From assembly GCF_001447785.1 (NCBI RefSeq), contig NW_015173679.1:962205-1026204 (forward strand): a stretch of DNA of 64,000 bases, given 5' to 3'. Made by a program: the position numbers and the translations under genes. How positions within the stretch are numbered: position 1 is the stretch's first letter; every line of letters begins with the position of its first letter. Positions 38,901-50,900 of the stretch are shown here, one piece after another. The notes beneath the pieces are model-generated. The model did not search any database. It saw only the letters and a list, made by a program, of their open reading frames with translations, and was not told where the DNA came from. The DNA is from Gekko japonicus. Lineage: Eukaryota.

Positions 38901-41900
38901 TAATACTAAATACTGAAACCATATAATCCCCATCAGAATTATCCAACACAATGTTGAAAGCCACAGACAAACATCAAACAAGCCAATTAACAATCCAAAC
39001 TACTAAACTAATCTTGCAAACTATCAGTCAACAAAATAAATATATGTAACCGAGATTTTGGATTTAGATATTTTGTTTATAAGACAACTGTACCTTTGTT
39101 AAATCATTGAGAATATTTTCTCTCTCTGTGGTGCTGCAGCAGCAATGGAGGACACTATACAAAATATCAACCAAAAAGTCTGTCTCTTTCCTCCAGTCTT
39201 CTTTCAGCCAATCTATTACATTTTCATACAGAAACTGGAGAGATGGATTTTCATACTGAGGTTTTATAGCATCTTGAATATTGCTCCTACTCTCTAGGAG
39301 TACTTGGAAAACTCTACTAGAGGCAAAGTTGCTGAGCAGAGCAGAGAGGAACTTCAAGTGCGGGTCAGATCTTTGATCACTGGTATAAACAATACTTAGT
39401 TCTGCAAGTGTACAAACTAGATCTTCCAAAGGTTCTTTCCTTAGAGGGGAAAGATGCTGTGCTTGAAAAATAATGCCAGGTTCATTACTACTTCCCACAT
39501 CCACATATGTCTCATTCTCAGTGCTGTTCTCAACTTCAGCTTCTTCTGAAAACCTGATCTTTACAGCTTTTCTTTTGTTTGGTTTCAACTTCTCTTCCGG
39601 GTTCTGAAGGACTTGTAGCAAACAGGACACAGCAGCCAAAGCTTTCTCATCCACATCTGTTCTGTCAACATGGACCACACAAACTTTAGAAAGTCCATCC
39701 CAAAAGTTCAACAACATTCTCTGAAAAGTGAGAGCTGTTTCTTCACAACTTGAATTTTCTCTTCTTGTTTCCCAAGAGCTTAAAAGGTCTGCTACCTCAT
39801 AAAACAAAGGTCCATTTTGTAACCTGGGCTCTTTAATCACCGTGTCTATGAGAGGAATTAGCTGTAAGGAGGAACACAAATTAGTTTTAACACTAAGCAG
39901 ACAATGGCTGTTTTTCATTAATTATTTCCTGTTACCAAAAAAAAAAAGTTTTCAGTTATATGCTCATGGACACTGGGAAAAAAAAAAAAGAGTATCTGGC
40001 CATTATTTTGGCTCAGATTGGGAAGAATTTCAGTATTCTTGTTTCCAAGGCAACCAGGCCAATGGCCCCACTCCTGCTATGCTGTAGCAGCACATGATTG
40101 ATCTGCCACAGTGTAGTGATGAAAGGCAGGGAGCAGCAGCAGCCCACTTCTTTCCTCCATATACCCCAACACCTATTCAGACCAAGGAAAACTGGTTCAC
40201 CGTTATTTCACCTCACTCTGACATTGTCACACAGTCTAATCAGCTACAGGACACTGTGACTTCCTTATGTTATATAATCTTTCATTTGTCAAGATCACGT
40301 AGCAGAGACAGAAGCCATAAAAATGGCATCAGTAACAGATTGGAATGTAGACAGGCACAGAAAACTGTGAATGTTCTGAAAGGTACTTTTCAGAGAACTG
40401 TCAGCTCACTCAAAGCCACACCTATTGCCCACCAGCTGTTCAGTGGTAAACATTTGTTATAATCCCAATTTGTTTAGTATATTCATATTTAATTGTAGGA
40501 ATGTTTCCTGTCACAACCTAGAGAAACAAAAATGATACAAACGATTCACATAACTTCTAACTCACTTTACCTGTTCTGGAATCTACTGTCTTGCCCTCAA
40601 CTTTCACACTGAAAATTAGCCAGCGCCAGCTAACTGCCTGGAAAATAACATTCAATGAATGAAGCTGAGTGAGAAGGAAAAGTTTCTCCAGGGCTTTCAA
40701 AGATTCCATGCTACTGACTCTCCATACACAAATAGCGTGTGTGCACACATACCAAGAAGGACACAGATTAAGCTTACACTACACCATCCCTTTGTTCCTT
40801 CCCATCCCATACCATCTCCAGTAAGTGCAGAAGGCTTCAGATGCAATAGCAGAGGGTACAGGGAGGAAGCAAGGGAGCTATGAAAGGCAGCTAGGAGAGT
40901 TCTTCCTCTTCTCCATCAACTGCCAATTTAATGAACGAATGCAATACACAGCTGGCATTGGGATCTCAATTCAAAATTGGTAAGTTTAGTTAAAGTAACT
41001 AAAAATAATCAAAACTCAATGGTATTTTGAGAACCTCATCATAAATACCTGATCACTTATAAGCATTTCTTGAATTTTAATGTCTTCTTCTTCTTCACCT
41101 ATGTTCTGCAATATGGTAAATCGCAAACATTCCATAAATGCCGATGAGATTGCAGAGCACTCTGAACGGCTAGTTGTAGCTCTTTCAGTCAACATGCTAG
41201 GCAAGCACAAAATTCAGAAACAGAATGAACTGCATTACTGACTTCATATTAAAGTATCAATGTTTAAAATGTAACTACTGATTTTACAAAGCACTACAAT
41301 ACTAATTAGAAATTAAGTATGGAAAAGTAACAATGTAGTTAACAGTATAAAAGGTAAAGGTTCCCTTGCTCGAAAGCCAGTCAAATCCAACTCTAGGATT
41401 GCAGTGCTCATCTCTATTTCAAAGCCGAAGAGCCACTGCTGTCCGAAGACGTTTCCGTGGTCATGTGGCCGGCATGACTAAACACCAAGGCGCATGGAAC
41501 GCTGTTACCTTCCCACTGAAGTGGTACCTATTTATCTACTTGCAATTTCTTGCTTTCGAACTGCTAGGTTGGCAGGAAGTTAACAGTATACGGAAATGTA
41601 AACTCTGAAACCCAGATTAGAAAAACTAAAACAGCAAACTTAAAAAAAAAAATCATCAAGACACTACGACTGACAGATACATGATATTTTAAACACTGAG
41701 GTTTGACACCTGCAGTTTTTTACATGGTTTAAATACTGTGTTCATTATTATTTCCAGACACAGAGATAAAGCAATTCTTTAAATGAATAACCAGAAATAG
41801 TTGTTCATACCCTTGAATTATGAAGGTGAAAAAGGTTCTACAAAAGTCCAGCTTTGGTTCAGTAACGTCAAGAGGTACCTTGCTAATGAAAGGTAACAGA

Positions 41901-44900
41901 TTAGGATATATGATAGTAGCAAGACCTCGTCCTCCTTCTTGAAGTACTCTCCACAACTTTGGCAGGACCCCCTTTCTGGCATTCACATGAATCCAACAAT
42001 CCTAGGGAGTAATACAACATGCATAAGACAACTGAGTGTTCTTTACTTTACTTCAGAATAGCTTCCTAATACAACTTCCAGTCTATTTTAATAAATATCT
42101 ACCCAGACTGCTTTATGCCACCTGCCATACAGAAAAGGGAAACTAGAATGATAAAAGGGTTAGAACACTTGAAGGATGGATGGCTTCAAGAGGAAATTGG
42201 ATAAACATATGGAGCAGAGGTCCATCAGTGGCTATTACCCACAAGGTATAGATAGGAACTCTCAGTCTGGGGCAAGTGATGCTCTGTATTCATGGTGCTT
42301 TGGGGGACAGAGTGTTGGACTGGATGGGCCACTGGCCTGATCCAACATTGGCTTCTCTAATGTTCTTATGTTCTTAAAATTCCAATCTGTTGAATTTAGT
42401 TCAAATTAGCAATTAAATCTATTCAGATATAACAATCTGGTTTCTCATTATGGGAACAATATTTACAAGTCCTTGGGTTTCTGAACTTCCATTCCATCTC
42501 TCCTTACCTGCGCCTCAGAGGCTGAAAACTTCTTGATTCCTGAGAATCCACCGTTTGTTGTGATGTCTGAACCAGACAAAACTTTGGTTTGTTCTCTTGC
42601 CCTCAAACTAGGATTTTAAACTATGGCATGTTGTAATGTATGAGTTCAGCCAATATTACAGATTCTAAAAAACATCTGAAAAACTTAGATCAATTTTAAG
42701 TGCGCAGATGTTCTAAGCAGAACCCTCACTGACCTCTCTTACAGATCTTGATCTATCTGACCTCTCTTCAGAAAGATTGAAGAATATAGTCACATTTGTT
42801 TTGGACCCAAGTCTCCATAAATAGAGGAAGTTTTTTTGTGCATCTCCCTCTCCTCAATACTTTCCGTTACCCCCGTAAAGTTGCTGGCATGGGGCCAGAA
42901 GTCCCCTGAAGAAAAACGGCAATCAGCACAGGGAGCTACAGAAAGAAAAGGAAATCAACCACCACCACCCTGTAAACCTTTGTTCATGGAGCTTTTTCCA
43001 CTCATACTTTCTCTCCTTCTCTCTTTACTTTCTCTCCTTCTCTCTTTCTCATGAGGCACAAAGGTCTTTAACAACTGTTATAAGAACATAAGAAGAGCCC
43101 TGCTGGATCAGACCAATGGTCCATCTAGCCCAGCATCCTGTCTCAAACAGTGGCCAACGAGTTCTTCTGGATGGCCAACAACAGGGCAGAGTGGCCGAAG
43201 CCTTCCCCTGATATTATTATTATTTATTAAATTTATTAATCGCCGAACCCTGTGAATGGGCTCTGGGCAATTTACAATGTTAAACAGATAAAATATAATC
43301 ATCATATTAAAATTATCACAATACATTACTAAAACAACTAACTCAAACAGGACACAGTATTTTGTTCCAAGACACTGAAAGGTTGGACAACACTTTCAAT
43401 TACCATGTCAGATTACACAGGGAAGCCACTGAAATTCACAAACAAACAGAATTTCAACAGGAAAGAAGAGAGTTTAAAAATAAATAGAACATGGCTTCCT
43501 GTTCTGAAAAACACAAAAGGCTTTACATCAGACAATAGCACTACAGATAAGATTAGAATTTCAACAACCTGCTCAAGAAGCGGGAAACCTCCTCAGGAAA
43601 CAAAAGAACCTCCTCAGGAAAGCTCCTCCATTAGCATGTCCATAGCCTGGGGAACTCCTACAAGACAATGACTCAGCCCTACCCACCTTCTGGAGTAGAT
43701 ATAAATTTACTGCCGACCATTTTCTTCTCACCTTGACACAGAGAGTATTCCATCTTTCTGTGTTTATACCTCTGGGGATGCCAGTCACAGTTACTGGCGA
43801 AGCGTCAGGTTCTACAATGCCAAGACAACGGCCACACATCCCAGAAAATCTACAGCAACTAACTCAGATGACGATCAACTCCTTTTGCTGGGCTTCAGTG
43901 CTCTCTGCACAGCAAGGCAGGGAAGGGGACACGGGGGCCATAGGAAGAAAAGGAGGGTTGCTGCCCTCAGCTAAAAACCTGGCGTAACATCTCTGCCTTA
44001 CAGGCCCTGCCGAATTGTATAAGATCCCGCAGGGCCCTGATGTTGTTCAGCAGAGAGTTCTACCAGGTTGAGGCCAGGACCAAAAAGGCCCTGGCCCTAG
44101 TTGAGGACAGCCAGACCTCCCTAGGGCCGGGGATCACCAGTAAGTTGTTATCCACTGATCTCAGCATTCTTCTGGGGACATATCGGAGGAGGCAGTCCCG
44201 ATGGTACGTGGGTCCCTAATAATGTTGCCTCCTGGCTCTGGGATTCAGAGGCTTAGTGCCTCTGACTGGAGGTTCCCCTCAGTTACCATGGCTAGTAGCC
44301 CTCGATGGACCTATCCTCCAAAAGACCAAAGGAACCTTGCTACTATGTCCTCCCACATCGTAAGTAATGACTTACTTAAGACTGTTAAGCAAATTAATCA
44401 TAAACCTATTGATCAAAGTGCTTTTTTCCCCAAAAGAAAAATCAAAGTTCTAATTCACTGTGATGGGTGTCTCTGCACATTATTATGCTGTAGGAGCAGC
44501 ATAACTATCCTTAAACTCATCTGAGAAGTTCAATGGCTATAAAATAATTAAGCCTTTTTAATGTGTATATGCACATATGTACTAGATTGTACTAGAAAGA
44601 AGTATGTTTACTAGATACCCAAAGTCAGTTTTCAGAAGCACAGACTGAAAGATGAGCAAGTTCCAGATAAATGCAAGAACTAACCCCTCATTCTGCCTCT
44701 TGTGTTACCTCAATGGTTGCAAGGACATGAAGCACAGCTTCCCAAAGAGCAGGGCATACAATAGCATCACTGTCATCAATGCTGAGAAGAACTGCTGGGC
44801 AAACTCTTGATGCTTCAGCTTTCACTGATTCAGGAACATATTGGCAAAGAGCAGAAATTAGTTCAAAGAAAGCTGAACGGACCTAGAGTACAAAAGAGAA

Positions 44901-47900
44901 GGGCTAAATGAAATCTTGCTGAACCATGTCTATAAAATTACAAACATTTGGCATTTTCATAATATATAAAGCTTGTTAAAATCAAAGAACAAGAAACATT
45001 TCATTAAGTATTAAGCCTTCCTATAGAATGCTGAATACATTCACTCAAGCCACAGGCCACAAAGCACTTCAGTTAAATCTATCCCTAACTGAAGCAACTG
45101 CTGTGCTGATTACAACCATAAATAAACTCAGGAGCTTTACAAGGTTTACAGGATGTTACATTAAAGATAACAGGCAATATGAACCTCAAGAGTGACACAC
45201 TGCTCTAAACATTCATTAATTCATTCATTTATTACTTTGATTTCTATCCCTCCCTCCCCACAAGTGGGCTCAGGCCAGTCAGTCACATAAAGATCGTGAC
45301 TACAATAGATAGAAGTTTAACAATAAAATCAATATTAAAACCAGAGGGAGCTGGCCTTGATAACAGAGCTCAGATGGAAGCATTTCAGAGTGGCACCACT
45401 GGATAATTAGTAGATTAAAAAATCAGCAGTGTCAGCAAGGGAGGCCTAGATGGATTTGAACATCTGATGCCTCAACTGAAAGCCCGGCCTGGATCGAGGC
45501 GGGTCGGCACTGCTGTTACCGTGTTGAATGTTGCTGTTAAGTCAAGAAGTAACAGCAGTGCCGACCCGCCTCGATCCAGGTGTCTCTGAAGGTCATCCCC
45601 GAAGACAACCAGTGCAGCCTCTGTTCCATGGCCAGGGCAAAAGCCAGACTGGAAGGGGTCCAGGATAGTAGCATCATCTAGGAAAACCTGGATTTGAGAG
45701 GTCAAGCGATGTTTTCCACAGTAGAGCGGTTTGAGAATTTGAACATACAAACTGAATGCCTGTGGGGAATCACACTTGAGGGAGGGAGAGGATAAACAGT
45801 TCAACAATCACACCAACTGCCCCATCCCACAGCTGTTTCAGCACTTGAAAATGCAAAGGGGAGGAGAAACAAGAGTACCTCAGCCTCTAGGGCTGGGCCC
45901 TCACAGCATTTTCAAATCTCTTTAAAATGGCATTGTCATCCACAGCTTGGACTATGGGTGCTGTCACATCAGTTTTGGCCCTTAATTACAAAAATGGGCG
46001 ATTTCTAACTTGCATCTGCCTGCAAACCACTCCCCTCCAGTCTAGAGATCCTGGAACATTAGGTAGACAGATGTGTATGGTTAGTGAGTAGTGAAGAAAA
46101 AAAGCACTCTACACATGTGAAGGGTGTATTTGGTCTCCGCAATCAGATACCTGATTATTATTAGCACAGATATATTGAGATCATATAAAGATTATATTTT
46201 TCTGCAGTGGCAGATGAGACTTAAGACTGCCAGAATATTATGCCCTTGCAGCCTTTCTCCTTCTACAGTAAAGTACTTGCTTTTTCTATAATGAAAGGTT
46301 CCAAAATTTAAACTTCACAAAGCATTATGCTTCTTTAGTTCTTTAGTCCCAATCCCGGGGGGGGGGGGTTGAGAGGAGAAAGAGCAGCAGTTTGACAGTG
46401 GGTATTCACTGGCAAGTAAAAGGCGTTCTGTGCATGTTCAGAAGTAAGCATTGCTTTACACAGACAAGTTGCAGTAAAGTACTTTGCAATTACTGATCAA
46501 AACCACCAGACTGATTGAAATTAGGCATTCATTTTTTTTTGCCTCCCTACCCCCTATGACCTACCTGGTCCTGTGACAAACAGAGTAGGCAACCCAGTTT
46601 TCTGATCAATGTTTTCACTTAGCATTGTGAATATTAAAGAGGGCAGAAACCAGGAAGACAGAAGCAAAGGACCCTAAACAAAAATGTTATACAGCATAAC
46701 AGAAAATAATAAATTTAATCTGCACCAGCCTTCTTAAAATGTTTCTTCCCACATTCCTTCCCATGTTATCCACACAAAACCATGTACATTTCCTCATGAA
46801 AGCATAACTGATGCTCTATCGTAAAGGTCTGGTTTGAAAAGAAACTTGAATGAATGCAAAAGAGGGAGGTAATACCTGGGGAGTATTGTGCTTCCCATAT
46901 TTCCAGAACTTGGTTTGAGACAGTAGAGGCTTAAGTTTCTCTTCCAGTAAGCAATTCTCACTACTAGGCAATACACAGAGCAGTTTCTTTAAAGCTAGCA
47001 AAGAACATGTTAAAATTCGAAAGAATTTGGCTTCCCTTTCTTCCTCGGGCACAATTCTAAAAGAAAAAAATGAATATACAACTTTGTAATTCAGTTAGCA
47101 ACATTGCCACAGTATTAGTTCTACAAATAAATAATGTAAAGGGTGCTCTTCTGAGAAGAGAACTGCTCTGATTCAACAGTTCTTGGTGAGCAAGAAAATT
47201 ACAACGTACACAAAGAACTCTCAATTCACTTCAGTGAATTCACACACAAAATGGGCAGGCCTGTCCTTTCTAAATCCAGTGGGAAAGCCTCTTAGTGTGG
47301 GAGCCAAGTGTGTGCACACAGAGCTAGAGAATGGGAAATGTAAAGTACTGGGTTCGCACATGGAGACTCAGACTACAACATGCTAACTAGACGCGTTTAT
47401 TGTACTTCACAACAAGAGAACCCACACAGACAGGCAAGGGCCAACTATATACACTCCACCCAGGCACACCCACAGTTCCATTGGGGGAGTTTGGATTTCC
47501 CCCCAAGGTACTATTGGAGGATTCAGGGTGGTCTAGGATCCTTGGTCCCTATTGTATTTGGAACCAAGCTAAGGACTGAGGCCACAGACACCTAGTGGTG
47601 GTCCGCAGACATAACAGGAAAAATGCTTCCTCTCATCTAGCATGACAGAATTAGAGCACACTATCTTTCTTATTTTCAAGAAACACCATCAGTTTTACAA
47701 ACTTACTGAAATTAACACAACATAATACACTTTATTACTTTCCATCCAACAATTAAATGTACATACTGTGGATCACTTAGTGTATCTGGTGTTTCTTTTA
47801 GAAGATGATCTTGTAGCACCTGGACAACAACAAAGCATTTAATGATATGAATAGGAAAAACCCGTACTCAGAAAAAGAAATTCATAGAAGTAATACATTT

Positions 47901-50900
47901 TAGCATTCTGTTCAATGTTACACTTTTCAAACTGTAAATAATGGTCAAATGAATCTTTAATAAAGTCTATATTTTTCTTATTTAAAGACATTCTTCTACC
48001 CATGATGACAGCAGCACCAGTATTTCCTAAAAGAGGTATATTTGTTAAGAGCTCAGGGCAGCAGACATGTTTTCTCCTCTGCCATTTTATCTTCGTATCT
48101 ACTCTGTGAGTGGTTAGGCTGAGCAAGAGCAAGTGACTCAAACCCAGTGTTCTTCACAGCTCCTGTGCTAACAGCATCAACCAATAATTAAGGTCAAAGA
48201 CTATAAGTGAATTTGTGGAACCATTGTTAGTGGTGTCTGCAGCACAGCACCTCCTCCTCTTCCTTCCTGTCTTCTTGGAACTATCCATTTGGATTGTCTG
48301 CTTTTTTTGTTGTTTTCACAACATCTGCAAGTTATAGAATCATTTAAGTATGAAATAATCTAAGGGCAACATAAACATTAAATATCAGAACCCCTAAGGA
48401 TTCGTTGCTTTCAAACTGCAAAATACCATCTACTTAAAGCTCTAAAACAGCCATACAAAATGGGAAACTCACATTCAGAATTTCACCTTTACAAAAGATT
48501 AAGGCTTCAGGTTGCTTGCTTGGTGGAAAAGCTTTTTCAAATGCCACTTTAGCTGCTGATGCAGCTGGAGAATAAGTATCACACTGAGCTATCAGCCAGT
48601 ATCCCATGAGACTTTTTAAATGAGGAGCCAAATTTTTCTTAACTTTCAGAATAAGCTGCTCAAAAGCTTGTTGTGTTGCTTCTCGGACCCGGCGATCATG
48701 ATCCTGTAAAAAATGTTGAAAATATATGTATTTGCCACATTTCCCTTCTTTCTGAGTCCTCCTAAACTCCCTGTAAAATTTGCTCTTGAAGGTCAGGAAA
48801 CCTTGAGAACGGGGTTGGATATGGTACAGGGGGCTGCAGTAAGAAATTCCCCCCTCTCCCACTCTTATGTAAGCTCCTGATCTTCTTGTATAAAAATTCA
48901 TGCAAAAGCCAGGATAAAGTTATTTCTGCCAATTCCCCTTTTTAACTGCAGCCCCACTGCCATATCCCATGCTACCTCCAAGGGTCTCTACCCTCTCTAG
49001 AATAACTTTTTGGGGACACAGAGGCTACAGAAAGAAGAGAAAGGCAGCAAAGATCTCTTCCACAAGCTACACTTTACTTAGGATTGTCTAGATCAGGTAT
49101 GTCCAACAGGTAGATCGCGATCTACCAGTAGATCACGAAGTGGTCAGAGGTAGATCACCAGTCCCACTTGGTCTCCTGGTTTGCTGGACAGGTGTTTGGG
49201 GTTTTTTTTATGATTGTTTGGTGGTTCTTTCTGGATCTTTGTCTCTCTGTTTTGTTTTTGCTCATTTTGCTTACCAGTAAATGACAGAAGGGGCCGGTGG
49301 AACCCAACTTTAGTGGGTTAAAATCTAATTTGAAACTTTATTTTCATGGTGGTAGATCACCGGCAGTTTTGGCTGGAAAAAACAGATCACTACCTGTTTG
49401 AAGTTGGACATGCCTGGTCTAGATCAAGCTTCTGGGTTGGATCCAGACTAAATCTTCCATCAGTGGAACAGAACTTTCCTGCCTCCCCCCTCCCACTGCT
49501 GCTCACTGATCTCTACAACATGCTGCTCCTGAAGGACTCTGAGGAGCCACATGGAGAGGGGTCTGTGGCAAGAAGAGAACATTAATAGATCCAGCCGTTT
49601 TAATATATAATCCAGTTTTTACTGACAAATATAGAAACTATCTGCAACTGTATTTATTATTTAAAAATTAAGACATACAAAACAATGTAAGCTTTCCTAC
49701 ACTGCCCTGTAAATATAACAATAAAACAAAGTGGTTCTTTTCTAGGCTTTAAACATTCTTTAAAGCAATCAACCTGTCAAAAAATACAATTAAATGAACC
49801 ACTGATTACTTTGCCAATTATTGTGATAAATTTTGAGAGACACAGTGTGGTCCAGGTTTGCCATAATCTGTCAATACTTACAATGGATATTTTACAATAA
49901 ATTCTAGACCAGTAAGGCAGAACTCCTTTAACAGTCTCTGTTTCTCTCTCTTTACACATTGTCCCAAATTCCTGCATAGCCTAAAAGTAAAAACAAAATT
50001 TTAAGAATTTACAAGATTTTTTAAAAAGCAAGCTGATAATTTATGAAGCTTTCCACATGTCTATGGATATATTGATTACTTTATAAAGTGAACTCATTTC
50101 ATCTGACTGACTTGCTTCCACAGCAGTGTTTCTGTGAGTGCAAAGACTTTCACAAGCAGAACACAATGTTCCAACCTCACATTGTTCCATGGCAAACTGA
50201 AATACCTTCAAATCCTGTTTCTAGGGGACTGCCTGAAGCAGGATGGGGGTGGGGATTTGGTGTACCCCAAAGAGGGGGGAGGCAGGCTAAAATCTTTGCT
50301 CCCAAAGAAGTGCTGCTCTGGATCCAAGCTATTAATTCTGGATATACAGCATTAAAATCTGTGTACTTGATGTCACATCTATTTTCATCAGGGCTGGATA
50401 ATAATTTTACAAGACAAGTATAGGAAGGGCTATTAAATATTTTTCCCCACTTCAGATATTACGGTTTACTAAGAAACACATAATATATAATCCGGAGACA
50501 AAGTGTGCAATTTAATGAAAGGCATCTCATGGAAATTTCAAAACATTACCATTACTTTTCCTTGTATATTTCATTCTTTGTACACATAAGTCTTAAGGAG
50601 GAGGAGGTTGGATTTATACCCCGCAACACAACAAAGGAGTCTCAGAGTGTCTTATAATCTCCTTTCACTTCCCCTCCCCACAACAGACACCCTGTGAGGT
50701 AGGTGGGGCTGAGAGAGCTCTCCTGAGAACTGCTCATGAGGGAACAGCTCTGAGAAAACTTGTGACTGACCCACGGTCACACCAGCAGATGCATGCGGAG
50801 AAGTGGGGAATCAAACCCAGTTCTCCCAGATTAAAGTCCGTGCTCTCAACCACTACACCAAATTGGTGTAATAATTAAAAACAATAAATATATATATGCT

